Positions 1-9,328 of a stretch of DNA of 64,000 nucleotides are shown here, piece after piece. Position 1 is the stretch's first letter. Each line of letters opens with the position of its first letter. This stretch comes from Betaproteobacteria bacterium UBA3031 (GTDB lineage: Bacteria > Pseudomonadota > Gammaproteobacteria > Burkholderiales > Eutrophovitaceae): the NCBI GenBank assembly GCA_002367635.1, contig DFDI01000014.1, positions 4,966-68,965 of the forward strand, read 5' to 3'. Below the pieces are notes generated by a model. The model made no database searches, was not told the DNA's origin, and saw nothing but the letters and a program-made list of their open reading frames with translations. The position numbers and the translations under genes were made by a program.

Positions 1-1
1 T

Positions 2-370
2 AAACATTATTATTTTCCTGGTTGGCATCAGGCGACAGCACTGGGACACTTGTTCTTTAATATCGATGTCTGGAATTCATTGTCTAGCCATCATCAAAAA
101 CTTGTGGAAGTCACCTGTGGTTATATTTTGAAAGAAATGATTGCAGAGGGTGAGGCTACTCAGGCGCCGGCCATGCGACGCATGATGGAAAAACATGACG
201 TCAAAATACATTACTGGTCAGACGAGATTCTTAATGCGTATCGTACTGCTTGGAATGAGGTGGTTTTGGAGGAGTCTGCAAAAAATCCTAATTTCAAAAA
301 AGTTCATGATTCCTATACGAAGTTCCGAGAGGATTACAAGCTTTGGGGTGATAATGGATATTTAAGATAG
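2..370 (+). CDS. TRAP transporter substrate-binding protein (DctP-like, COG4663-type), 3' fragment cut by the window edge
   Basis: Frame 2 is open from position 2 (KHYYFPGWHQ...). The last ~120 aa align colinearly (roughly half identical by eye) with the C-terminus of the complete paralog at 571-1665 (HYYFPGWHQ, NIDxWNSLSxHHQK, VKIHYW, NPxFK, FRExxxxWxDNGYL). Confidence 0.8.
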   Translation, partial: KHYYFPGWHQATALGHLFFNIDVWNSLSSHHQKLVEVTCGYILKEMIAEGEATQAPAMRRMMEKHDVKIHYWSDEILNAYRTAWNEVVLEESAKNPNFKKVHDSYTKFREDYKLWGDNGYLR

Positions 371-570
371 GTGGGCTCGAAGGGTTTTCATTTTGTAGTA
401 TGAAACCGCCACTTGGTCGAGAGGCTGAGTCATGGTAGTGTCGCACAAAGAGTATAGAATGATTTTAGTACGGTTAGGTCTCAAGTGAATTGTTTGCTGT
501 GAGTTAGTTTCGATTCAAATAGGCCTAAAAGACAAAGTTAAAAAGCACTCAAAAGTGCATGGGGGAGATT

Positions 571-1665
571 ATGGTTAAATTTAAAGCTGGTCTGGCTGCG
601 GCTTGTGTTGGATTGTTTATTTTGACAGGTTGCGGTGGGGGAGATGACGTCGCGACGACCGCAGCTGTTGACGCGGGATCGGGCGCTCCGGTTGAAACAG
701 TTAAGTTAAAAATGGCCAGCGCGTTTGCGGCGTCCTTGCCACTTCTTGGTGATGGTGCTGTCGAGTGGACCGAAACCGTTAAGGTGTTGTCCGGTGGGTC
801 TTTAGACATCAAATTTTATGAGCCTAATGCGTTAGTGCCAGGGTTAGAGGCTATCCCAGCGGCATCTAAAGGCTCCGTCGAAATGGCTTGGGCTAGTTCT
901 GGGTATTACGCAGGTTTCAATAATGTCTTCAGCATGTTTACCGCGGTGCCTTTTGGCCCGAATGCTACCGAGTTTTTAGCTTGGTATTACTACGGTGATG
1001 GTTCCAAGTTCGCTGATGAGTTGTACGGCGCACATAACATTAAGTATCTTCCGTGCCATATGATTCCACCTGAGGCGTCCGGTTGGTTCAAGAAAGAGAT
1101 CAATAGCGTTGACGATCTAAAGGGTTTAAAGATGCGCTTCTTCGGTTTGGGTGCGAAGGTTATGGATAAAATGGGCGTATCTACGCAGCTCTTAGCTGGT
1201 GGTGAAATCTTCCAAGCTTTGCAAATGGGAACTATCGACGCGACAGAGTTCTCGATGCCATCCATTGACCAAAGTTCGGGCATGTATCAAGTGGCGAAGC
1301 ACTACTATTTTCCTGGTTGGCATCAGCCTTCCTCGTTCAATGGGGTTTTCATTAATATCGATATTTGGAATAGTCTTTCCGCACATCACCAGAAGGTGAT
1401 AGAAGTGGCTTGTGGCGATAAAATTAGAGACGGTCTCGCCCAGGGCGACTTTGCGCAACCAGCTGTGCTCGCCAAATTGGTAGAGGAGCATGGCGTTAAA
1501 ATTCACTATTGGAAACCTGAGATTCTAGCGGCCTTTAAGAGTGCTTGGGATGAGGTGGCAGCAGAGGAAATGGCGATTAATCCGGAATTCAAGCGAGTGT
1601 ATGAAAATTACATGGCATTTCGTGAGGAGTTTGCTGTTTGGCGAGATAATGGTTACCTTAAGTAA
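571..1665 (+). CDS. TRAP transporter substrate-binding protein (DctP-like), probable lipoprotein
   Basis: 364-368 aa ORF directly followed by DctQ/DctM-like permeases. The N-terminus MVKFKAGLAAACVGLFILTGC has a lipobox (LTGC). The ORF track starts at ATG 559, but GGGGGAG (561-567) is placed to serve ATG 571. Confidence 0.85.
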   Translation: MVKFKAGLAAACVGLFILTGCGGGDDVATTAAVDAGSGAPVETVKLKMASAFAASLPLLGDGAVEWTETVKVLSGGSLDIKFYEPNALVPGLEAIPAASKGSVEMAWASSGYYAGFNNVFSMFTAVPFGPNATEFLAWYYYGDGSKFADELYGAHNIKYLPCHMIPPEASGWFKKEINSVDDLKGLKMRFFGLGAKVMDKMGVSTQLLAGGEIFQALQMGTIDATEFSMPSIDQSSGMYQVAKHYYFPGWHQPSSFNGVFINIDIWNSLSAHHQKVIEVACGDKIRDGLAQGDFAQPAVLAKLVEEHGVKIHYWKPEILAAFKSAWDEVAAEEMAINPEFKRVYENYMAFREEFAVWRDNGYLK

Positions 1666-1690
1666 AGTCGCGCTGACGGCTTAATATTAC

Positions 1691-1715
1691 GGGCGGGCTC
1701 ATGCCCGCTCTTTTT
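1691..1715 (+). terminator. Intrinsic terminator / intercistronic attenuator between the TRAP binding-protein gene and the permease genes
   Basis: 8-bp stem GGGCGGGC/GCCCGCTC (1691-1698 / 1703-1710, one G-U pair), 4-nt loop TCAT, then TTTTT (1711-1715). It lies 26 nt after the stop codon. Confidence 0.65.
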
Positions 1716-1734
1716 ATATGGTTTTTTATGGTGT

Positions 1735-2322
1735 GTGGTGATTATGGAATCAATGCTTAATGTGAGTGACCGGATTGACAGATTGCTTGATCGCGTCTCA
1801 GGCGCTGTCGGTTGGTTATTTATAGTAACAATGCTTGTCATTGCCTTCGATGTTCTGACACGAAAAATCGGGTATCAAATGCCCGGGATGGGGTCGACCA
1901 GATTGCAAGAAGTAGAGTGGCATCTGCATACAGCTTTATTTGCATTCTGGCTTGGGGCGGCATATATCCATAATTCGCACGTCAGAATTGATATTGCTTT
2001 TATCAATGCCAAACCACGAACAATCGTTTTTGCAGAACTCATTGGTTGTTTGGTTTTTGCGATCCCATATTGTTTGCTTGCGCTATATTTTAGCTTCGAC
2101 TTCACGTGGGAAGCGTGGGTTGTTGGTGAGGCATCGGCATCCTCAAATGGCTTAGCTTTCAGATGGATCCCTAAGGGCTGCATGACCGCTGGATTACTTC
2201 TATTATTTGCGGGTGTGATCTCGGTTTCTATGCGTTCAGTCGTCTATTTATTTGGTGATCCAAGTCTTAGGAGGCGAGCAACGCCGCCAGTGATTGCGGA
2301 TAAAGTGGAGGCCTTGTCATGA
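1735..2322 (+). CDS. TRAP transporter small permease (DctQ-like)
   Basis: ~190 aa hydrophobic protein with about 4 predicted TM segments, lying between the TRAP binding protein and the large permease. Its stop overlaps the next start (ATGA at 2319-2322). The start is uncertain (GTG 1735 or ATG 1744). Confidence 0.75.
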   Translation: MVIMESMLNVSDRIDRLLDRVSGAVGWLFIVTMLVIAFDVLTRKIGYQMPGMGSTRLQEVEWHLHTALFAFWLGAAYIHNSHVRIDIAFINAKPRTIVFAELIGCLVFAIPYCLLALYFSFDFTWEAWVVGEASASSNGLAFRWIPKGCMTAGLLLLFAGVISVSMRSVVYLFGDPSLRRRATPPVIADKVEALS

Positions 2323-3704
2323 GCTGGATTACCCATCACGTTTCACTATTTTTGTTTCTTGTTTTGGCGATATCACTCTTTTGTGGATTTCCGGTTGCGT
2401 TTGTCCTCGGTGGCATCGCTATTCTGTTCGGCGGCATCGGTATGGCACTTGATATCTTTCAACCGATACAATTTTTCAATTTGATGCCTCGTGTCTGGGG
2501 ATCCGCTGCTGCGAATCCCATTATCGTTGCCGTTCCTATGTTTATTTTTATGGGGACCATGCTCGAACGGAGTGGTGTGGCGAAGGATCTATTGCAGACC
2601 CTTCAAATTGTTACTCGACGTATACCAGGGGGCTTGGCGATGTCCGTCACGTTGATGGGTACGATCATGGCGGCAACAACTGGAATCGTGGGAGCCTCCG
2701 TTGTGATGTTGACGATGATCGCATTGCCGTCAATGATGGAACGGGGTTACTCTAAGGAGCTTGCAGTGGGCACGATAGCGTCTGCGGGCACTCTTGGTAT
2801 TTTGATTCCGCCTTCCATTATGTTGGTGATTATGGGAGATCTTTTATCTGTCTCGGTTGGCGCGTTGTTCGCGGCGTCAATTTTGCCAGGAATGCTGCTG
2901 GCAGGACTCTACCTCCTCTATATTGGCATCACGAGTTATAGGAATCCCGATCGGGCGCCTCCGCTGCCAGATGATATCGGGCCGAGTTCCAACGCAGAGC
3001 TAATGCTGCTGGTGATTAAGAGTTTCTTCCCGCCTGTTTTGCTTATCACGTTAGTTTTGGGATCTATTTTTGGTGGATTTGCAACGCCAACGGAGGCTGC
3101 AGGTGTAGGTTGTCTTGGGGCAATATTCCTCGCGTGGACGAATAAAAAACTCAGCATGAAGACGCTTCGAGATGTGATTCGCCTTGCTGGCTTAACTAAT
3201 GGCATGGTGTTCTTCATATTTTTTGGTGCGACGTTGTTCAGTTACGTGTTTAGAGCACTTGGCGGAGACGATCTGATTCTCGAATTATTAGGTGTCATCG
3301 GTATTGATACAGGATGGGAAATTCTTACATTTATGTTGGTGCTTACCTTTTTGCTCGGATTCTTTTTTGATTGGATTGAAATCACATTGATCGTGCTGCC
3401 TGTGTTTGCACCTCTACTTCAGAGTGTCGATTTTGGGCCACACATCGGGGATGGTGGACCGATCGTATTCCTTACTTGGTTTGTGGTGATGCTCTCAGTT
3501 AATCTGCAAACATCATTCTTGACGCCGCCATTTGGATTCACACTGTTTTACATGAAAGGTACCGTGCCACCATCGATTACTATGGCTCATATTTATCGAG
3601 GAATAATTCCCTTCGTGCTGCTTCAGTTGACGGGACTCGGATTGATTATTGCGTTTCCGCAGATAGTGCTTTGGTTGCCGAGGGCAGCTGGATTCTTAAT
3701 GTAG
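2319..3704 (+). CDS. TRAP transporter large permease (DctM-like)
   Basis: 461 aa polytopic membrane protein with the size and glycine/hydrophobic pattern typical of the DctM family. It is translationally coupled to the DctQ-like gene. Confidence 0.9.
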   Translation: MSWITHHVSLFLFLVLAISLFCGFPVAFVLGGIAILFGGIGMALDIFQPIQFFNLMPRVWGSAAANPIIVAVPMFIFMGTMLERSGVAKDLLQTLQIVTRRIPGGLAMSVTLMGTIMAATTGIVGASVVMLTMIALPSMMERGYSKELAVGTIASAGTLGILIPPSIMLVIMGDLLSVSVGALFAASILPGMLLAGLYLLYIGITSYRNPDRAPPLPDDIGPSSNAELMLLVIKSFFPPVLLITLVLGSIFGGFATPTEAAGVGCLGAIFLAWTNKKLSMKTLRDVIRLAGLTNGMVFFIFFGATLFSYVFRALGGDDLILELLGVIGIDTGWEILTFMLVLTFLLGFFFDWIEITLIVLPVFAPLLQSVDFGPHIGDGGPIVFLTWFVVMLSVNLQTSFLTPPFGFTLFYMKGTVPPSITMAHIYRGIIPFVLLQLTGLGLIIAFPQIVLWLPRAAGFLM

Positions 3705-3710
3705 TCTAGT

Positions 3711-3732
3711 GCGGGAGCTAAATAGCTCCCGC
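3711..3732 (+). terminator. Perfect 9-bp hairpin after the TRAP operon (no U-tract)
   Basis: GCGGGAGCT (3711-3719) / AGCTCCCGC (3724-3732), loop AAAT, 6 nt after the dctM-like stop. No T-run follows, so terminator function is uncertain. Confidence 0.4.
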
Positions 3733-3768
3733 CGTGCTCCACTATGTCCTTATTGAAAGGTTCAAGAG

Positions 3769-4233
3769 ATGATCATGTTTCGATTAGTTTTAGTCCTCTC
3801 TTGTTGTCTTCCTTGTGTGGTTTTGGCGCAAGACGTCGTTATCGGTGCTGGATTTGATCCGGACGGCGGTGGTGGAATGGTTCTGGAGTATCACAAAGGC
3901 GGAGAGTTTTCTGGCGAGGCAAAGAACTGGCCTTGGGCGGCAGCGATTAGGGCTGATGCTGACAGTGATCTTTGGGTTGGGGCTGGAGTTCATAGACAGT
4001 TTAACTTGTCGAGCCGACTGTTTATAGAAGCCAGTTTTATGCCCGGATACTACAATCCTGAAGATACAGACCTTGGTGGCAACATTCATTTTCGCACACT
4101 AGCTGGGCTTGGTTTGCGACTGGGGGGTGATTCCGCGTTATCAGTTAGCGTTGATCATTTGTCTAATGGTGGTTTGACAAGCAGTAACCCCGGGTCTGAG
4201 TTAGTTTCGGTTCGCTACATTTATACCTATTAG
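3769..4233 (+). CDS. Outer-membrane acyloxyacyl hydrolase / lipid A 3-O-deacylase (PagL-like)
   Basis: 154 aa with a signal peptide (MIMFRLVLVLSCCLPCVVLAQ), an alternating beta-strand pattern and a terminal aromatic residue (YIYTY). It carries the C-terminal His-x-Ser-Asn-Gly ... Asn-x-Gly-x-Glu motif (DHLSNGG...NPGSE) that I recall as the PagL catalytic signature. Confidence 0.65.
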   Translation: MIMFRLVLVLSCCLPCVVLAQDVVIGAGFDPDGGGGMVLEYHKGGEFSGEAKNWPWAAAIRADADSDLWVGAGVHRQFNLSSRLFIEASFMPGYYNPEDTDLGGNIHFRTLAGLGLRLGGDSALSVSVDHLSNGGLTSSNPGSELVSVRYIYTY

Positions 4234-4365
4234 TTAGGTCAACCACCTTATTTGCTTCGCTTCAAACTAGACTTTCTTAGATGAAGAAGAGATGTCCGAA
4301 AAAGAGTTTGTTTAAATTCGGTATGGCTATCAAATAGAGTGCAGCAATAATTAAATGGATATCAG

Positions 4366-5280
4366 GTGAATATTAAACACATTGTCATCATCGGGGCAGG
4401 CACCATGGGCACGGACCTGTCTGTCAAATTGGCAGCTTCCGGCGCTCGTGTGACTATTGTCGGTCGATCCGGAGGGCGGGCAGACACATTTGATACTCGC
4501 GCGCTCAGCGCGGCTCGAGATCTAGATGTCGCATTAGATCAATTGAAACTGCAGTTGTTGTCGGATTTAACGTCGGTTGATTGGTCATCAGTGGACCTCA
4601 TTATTGAGAACGTCAATGAAGACTTGGTACTCAAGCAGCGTGTTTTCGAGCAGGTGGTCGCTATGGCGAACGCAGATACCATTATCACGAGTAATTCATC
4701 GACGTTCGGGATATCCTTAATTTCAAGTGGGTTGAGTCCTCAAAGTCGCTTTTTCGGATTGCATTTTTTTATGCCGGCACATTTAGTACCGTTAGTCGAG
4801 ATTGTCACCTCGGATAAATCGGACTTGCAGATAGCGGAAAAAATAAAACTGTATTTAACTTCTCTAGGTTTCGTTCCCGTTATCGTGCGCAAGGATGTTC
4901 CCGGGTTTTTAGCGAATCGTATTCAAGCCGCGATGATGAGAGAGGTGTGGAACATATTAGAGCGGGGAATCGCGACCCCCGAAGATGTTGATAAGGCTGT
5001 GAAATACGGGTTTGGATGTCGTTTCCTTGCAGCTGGTCCGGTTATGCAAAAGGAAATGTCGGGATTAGACATCACGTACTCAGCGAGTAAAAATGTGTTT
5101 CCAGACTTGAGTAATGAGGACGAGCCACCGTCGATTCTCAGTGATAAAGTTAAAAGAGGTGAGACGGGGATGAAAGCAGAGGTGGGGTTTTGGACTTGGG
5201 ACCAGGAATCGATACGTAAGGCTCGAGACCTATACGTGATCAAACTCAAAGCCGCAATCAAAGTGCTGACGGATAGCTGA
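4366..5280 (+). CDS. 3-hydroxyacyl-CoA dehydrogenase family protein (NAD-binding)
   Basis: N-terminal Rossmann motif IIGAGTMG and ~300 aa length. The central and C-terminal pattern (LVPLVEIV, GFLANR) is typical of the HADH/3-hydroxybutyryl-CoA dehydrogenase family. GTG start. Confidence 0.8.
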   Translation: MNIKHIVIIGAGTMGTDLSVKLAASGARVTIVGRSGGRADTFDTRALSAARDLDVALDQLKLQLLSDLTSVDWSSVDLIIENVNEDLVLKQRVFEQVVAMANADTIITSNSSTFGISLISSGLSPQSRFFGLHFFMPAHLVPLVEIVTSDKSDLQIAEKIKLYLTSLGFVPVIVRKDVPGFLANRIQAAMMREVWNILERGIATPEDVDKAVKYGFGCRFLAAGPVMQKEMSGLDITYSASKNVFPDLSNEDEPPSILSDKVKRGETGMKAEVGFWTWDQESIRKARDLYVIKLKAAIKVLTDS

Positions 5281-5392
5281 ACCCGTCTTCCTGATTGTAA
5301 GACAACAGTTCATTTTTTAGACAATGCTAAAATAACGAACCCAGTGAGCATTCTTATTCAATCAACTCAAGCGAAAACCAGACCAAATACTG

Positions 5393-5875
5393 ATGAGTGA
5401 CGACCACGGCATAAAGGAACTACGACAAATTTTGAGAGAGTCTAAGACTATTGCAATCGTTGGGCTGTCAGCAAACTGGTACCGGCCAAGTTATTTTGCC
5501 GCCAAATACCTGCAAGAGCACGGTTACAAGATTATTCCTGTAAACCCTACATATGAGGGGCAGGAGCTTCTGGGTGAACGATGTTATGGCTCGCTTGAGG
5601 ATATTAAAGAGCCGGTTGATATGGTGGATTGCTTTAGAAAAAGTGAAGATATTGAGCCAATTGCCTTACAGGCGGTGACTATCGGAGCGAAAGTCCTTTG
5701 GCTGCAGATTGGCGTGAAAAATGATGCGGCTAGCCGCATCGCCGAAATGGCGGGGATCACCTATGTACATGATCGTTGTGTCAAGATTGAGCACGGTAGA
5801 TTATTTGGAGGTTTAAACTGGGTTGGTGTTAATACCAAGGTGATCTCCTCTAAGCGACCTAGATGGTTACCCTAA
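5393..5875 (+). CDS. CoA-binding domain protein (YccU/YneT-like)
   Basis: 160 aa with IAIVGLS..W.RPSY....L...GY.IIPVNP and the following pattern characteristic of small CoA-binding proteins. Confidence 0.8.
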   Translation: MSDDHGIKELRQILRESKTIAIVGLSANWYRPSYFAAKYLQEHGYKIIPVNPTYEGQELLGERCYGSLEDIKEPVDMVDCFRKSEDIEPIALQAVTIGAKVLWLQIGVKNDAASRIAEMAGITYVHDRCVKIEHGRLFGGLNWVGVNTKVISSKRPRWLP

Positions 5876-5895
5876 AAAATGAGGAAGATTAAATA

Positions 5896-7188
5896 ATGGC
5901 AGACCGAGAGTATGGGGTTGGAACCCTTTGTTTGCATGCAGGCCAAATCCCAGATGCGGTAACTGGATCAAGAGCCGCCCCGATATATCAAACCACTTCT
6001 TACGTTTTTGATTCGGCGGAGCACGCGGCTAGCCTGTTTAATTTGCAAACATTTGGGAATGTTTATTCCAGGTTGTCCAATCCAACAGTTTCGGTTCTCG
6101 AAGAACGTGTGGCCGCACTCGAAGGTGGAAGGGCCGCACTTGCGGTGAGCTCTGGTCAGGCAGCGCAAATGTGTGCGATTCTGACGTTACTTGGTGAGGG
6201 GGACGAGTTGCTCTCGTCGAGCGCTTTATACGGTGGAACGTATTCGCAATTTGATGTTACGTTTAGACGATTTGGGATCAATACGGTTTTTGTTGACCCC
6301 AACGATCCTCAAAATTTTAAGGCGGCGATTACACCAAAAACTAAAGCGATTTATGCGGAGACGATGGGGAACCCCCAGGTCAACGTTCTTGATATTAGTG
6401 CGGTGGCAGATATCGCACACGAGGCTGGAATACCTTTAGTGATTGACAATACATTTGCGTCGCCTTACCTGTGCCAACCGATCAAGCATGGAGCAGATAT
6501 TGTGGTGCAATCTGCCACTAAATTTATTGGGGGTCATGGCACGACAATGGGTGGCGTGATTGTTGAGTCTGGAAAGTTTCCTTGGGATAACGGTAATTTT
6601 CCCTCCATGACAGAGGCATCTAAGGGATACCATGGTGTTCGTTTCTTTGAGACCTTTGGCGATTTTGGATTTACGATGAAGGCTCGAATGGAAACTTTAA
6701 GAACGCTTGGCCCCTCTTTGTCACCTATGAGCGCGTGGCTTCTTTTGCAGGGTCTAGAGACCCTGCATGTGCGTATGGATCGTCACGTTTCCAATGCTCT
6801 TAAAGTGGCAAACTTTCTTGAGTCTCATGATTGTGTTTCTTGGGTTAATTTCCCTGGTTTGGCTTCGAGTCCGTATGCATCACTTGGTAAAAAATATATG
6901 CCCAAAGGTTGTGGGTCGATTATGACGTTTGGCATTAAAGGCGGACTTAAGGCCGGTGAACAGTTCATTGAAGCGCTTGAGTTTTTCTCTCATCTGGCCA
7001 ATGTGGGCGATGCAAAGTCGCTTGTGATCCATCCCGCCTCAACGACACACAGGCAGCTGTCTGACGAAGATCAGCTGAAAGCGGGTATATCTCCAGACAT
7101 GATTCGTCTATCGGTCGGCATTGAAGATATAGATGATATTCTGTGGGATCTTGATCAAGCGTTAAGCAAATCGCTATCTGCCTCTTGA
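5896..7188 (+). CDS. metY: O-acetylhomoserine sulfhydrylase (aminocarboxypropyltransferase)
   Basis: 430 aa Cys/Met-metabolism PLP enzyme: TLCLHAGQ, YSRLSNPT, and the PLP-lysine motif SATKFIGGHG. The length and C-terminus are typical of MetY. Confidence 0.9.
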   Translation: MADREYGVGTLCLHAGQIPDAVTGSRAAPIYQTTSYVFDSAEHAASLFNLQTFGNVYSRLSNPTVSVLEERVAALEGGRAALAVSSGQAAQMCAILTLLGEGDELLSSSALYGGTYSQFDVTFRRFGINTVFVDPNDPQNFKAAITPKTKAIYAETMGNPQVNVLDISAVADIAHEAGIPLVIDNTFASPYLCQPIKHGADIVVQSATKFIGGHGTTMGGVIVESGKFPWDNGNFPSMTEASKGYHGVRFFETFGDFGFTMKARMETLRTLGPSLSPMSAWLLLQGLETLHVRMDRHVSNALKVANFLESHDCVSWVNFPGLASSPYASLGKKYMPKGCGSIMTFGIKGGLKAGEQFIEALEFFSHLANVGDAKSLVIHPASTTHRQLSDEDQLKAGISPDMIRLSVGIEDIDDILWDLDQALSKSLSAS

Positions 7189-7258
7189 TTTTCGAGCACG
7201 TTAGCAATCCAGTTATGGGATTAAGCTAATGGGTTCCTATTTGCTCTGAGTTTCATTT

Positions 7259-8443
7259 ATGTCTCTGTTTATAGCATCTTTGCTTGTCACTTTGGCGGTT
7301 CAAATTCAGGCTTCTTTAGTCGTTTTTACCCCGCCAATCTTAGCGCCTGTGGCCCAAGTGGATGTTGGCGTGAGTGCGGCATCAGTAGGTCTTGTAACGG
7401 CTCTAATTTATTTGTCATCAGTCCCGTCCGCGCTATTTTCCGGGGTATTAATTAGCCGTCTTGGTGCCATTCGTGTGAGTCAACTGTGTGTGCTTTTTGC
7501 ATCTCTGGGAATCGCATTAATGGCAACGGGCGATGTTTTAATCATTGCATTGGGCGCTCTTGTTGTTGGTTTGGGTTATGGCGCGGTAACGCCTTCGTCA
7601 TCAACGGTAATTGCTGACCAAGCTCCGAATAATATGCGCTCCTTGATTTTTTCAATCAAGCAGTCAGGAGTCCCAATCGGCGGGGCGATTGCGGGAGCTC
7701 TCGTGCCTTATTTAATGTATCGATTTGGTTGGAGACAGACAACGATCATTATTAGTTTAATCGGTTTGGCGGTCATCTTGTTCGCGCAACTCATTCAGAA
7801 AAAAGTCGATCGCCCATCCCTTAATGCCTTACGTGATAGAAAAAAATTAAGTTTGCTAGAGCCGTTACGTCTTGTGTTCGCACATTCCAAGTTAAGAGAG
7901 CTGGCTATATCGTCTTTCGCCTTCTCTGGTATGCAGATGAGCTTGGCTTCCTATCTAGTGGTTATGTTAACGGAGAGGGCGCTGCTTACAGTGTCTGTTG
8001 CCGGATCTGCGCTCTCAATTGCGATGATCGCTGGTATTTTTGGACGTTTGTGTTGGGGGGGGCTTGCTGATTATGGGATCTCTCCGCGTTCGGTATTGGG
8101 TTTGCTTGGACTGTTAATGGGTGTGTCAGCAGGCGCTATGTGCTTCGTTCACGCATCGTTCCCGATAACGTTTATTTATATTTTTTCTTTTTTCTTTGGC
8201 GCCTCTGCTGTTGGATGGAATGGGGTTTATTTGGCTGAAGTTGCTCGAATTGCTCCAATGGGTCAAGCTGGAACAGCAACTGGGGCGTCCCTTGCAATGA
8301 CCTACTCGGGGGTTGTTTTGTTGCCGACGTTATTTTGGTTCATCCATTCAGTTACAGAGAGTTATGTGTGGGGCTTCTTAGCCTTAGGTGTTGTTACTGT
8401 GTGGCGTGGTTTATTGTTTTTGCGGCCAATCGAGTCAAAATAG
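7259..8443 (+). CDS. MFS transporter, substrate unknown
   Basis: 394 aa with about 12 hydrophobic segments and a central basic loop (QKKVDRPSLNALRDRKK). Contains a G8 homopolymer at 8055-8062. Confidence 0.8.
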   Translation: MSLFIASLLVTLAVQIQASLVVFTPPILAPVAQVDVGVSAASVGLVTALIYLSSVPSALFSGVLISRLGAIRVSQLCVLFASLGIALMATGDVLIIALGALVVGLGYGAVTPSSSTVIADQAPNNMRSLIFSIKQSGVPIGGAIAGALVPYLMYRFGWRQTTIIISLIGLAVILFAQLIQKKVDRPSLNALRDRKKLSLLEPLRLVFAHSKLRELAISSFAFSGMQMSLASYLVVMLTERALLTVSVAGSALSIAMIAGIFGRLCWGGLADYGISPRSVLGLLGLLMGVSAGAMCFVHASFPITFIYIFSFFFGASAVGWNGVYLAEVARIAPMGQAGTATGASLAMTYSGVVLLPTLFWFIHSVTESYVWGFLALGVVTVWRGLLFLRPIESK

Positions 8444-8461
8444 ACGCAATTAAAAACTGAT

Positions 8462-9328
8462 TTAGTTAATGAACAATTCAATAGCTGCAGCAAATTTTTT
8501 CGGCTGTACGTGATGCATCATGTGAGAGGATTCAGTAATGGTCCTCTCGCTTAGGTTTTGGTAGTTTGATCGATATTCATCGATTGTTGCATAATCATCT
8601 TTCATGAAGCGACGAAGCCAGCCACTATCGCTGTGTAGCCAAAGTGTTGGGCAGGCAATGCGCTTCCAAAAAAAAGACGCCTCGACTGACCGATAGAGTA
8701 TTGGGTTAGTCATCTTATGCTTAGGGTCTGCTCGAAGCTTGAATTCGCCATCGGGTTGTTGTGCAGACCAGTGCTCCGCTAGAAACAGTGCTCGGGCCTC
8801 TGTTAGCTCGGGGGTGTTCTTGATGAGCCTTTGAGCTACCTCTCCGAGCGAGCTGTAAGGCTTCAGAGAGGGATTTTTATCCTTTTGTTCAAGCCATCTT
8901 TTGAGTCGATTCGGGGCTTCACTCGCATCCCTAGGGGGCATGCCAAAACCTTCGGCTAAGATGAGCTTTTGGACTTTTTCCGGATACACGCCTGTGTATA
9001 AACCGGCAATGTTTCCGCCCATGCTATGTCCAACAAGACTAATTTCCACATCAGGTGAAATGATGTTGATTATCGCCGATAGGTCGGCAACGTAATCTGG
9101 GAACCAATAACCTTGTGGGGCCCAATCGCTGAGGCCAAAACCTCTCCAATCTGGGGCGATGACGTACCAGTCTTTATCGAGTTCATCTACTGTAAATTGA
9201 AAGGAGGCGGACATGTCCATCCATCCGTGCATTAGATACAGGTGTTTAGATTTTGGATTACCCCAAGTTCTAATGTGAATTTGCAGTCCGTTTATATCTA
9301 AAAATTGGCTTTTTGATGCTGAGTGCAA
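8462..9328 (-). CDS. Alpha/beta-fold hydrolase
   Basis: 288 aa with an HGW oxyanion region, the nucleophile elbow GHSMGG and a C-terminal His (SSHMMHH). Confidence 0.85.
   Translation of the reverse strand: MHSASKSQFLDINGLQIHIRTWGNPKSKHLYLMHGWMDMSASFQFTVDELDKDWYVIAPDWRGFGLSDWAPQGYWFPDYVADLSAIINIISPDVEISLVGHSMGGNIAGLYTGVYPEKVQKLILAEGFGMPPRDASEAPNRLKRWLEQKDKNPSLKPYSSLGEVAQRLIKNTPELTEARALFLAEHWSAQQPDGEFKLRADPKHKMTNPILYRSVEASFFWKRIACPTLWLHSDSGWLRRFMKDDYATIDEYRSNYQNLSERTITESSHMMHHVQPKKFAAAIELFIN

Noticed and set aside
541-560. AAAGCACTC...GTGC upstream of the second dctP-like gene, which resembles the left half of a CIRCE element
   Set aside because: The right half (GAGTGCTAA, 9 nt downstream) is absent. 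There is only a 4-bp GCAC/GTGC inverted repeat, and a TRAP transporter is not a plausible HrcA target.
4281-4337. 18-codon highly basic micro-ORF (MKKRCPKKSLFKFGMAIK) between the pagL-like gene and the dehydrogenase gene
   Set aside because: There is no SD and no supporting context. ORFs of this size occur by chance in AT-rich spacers.
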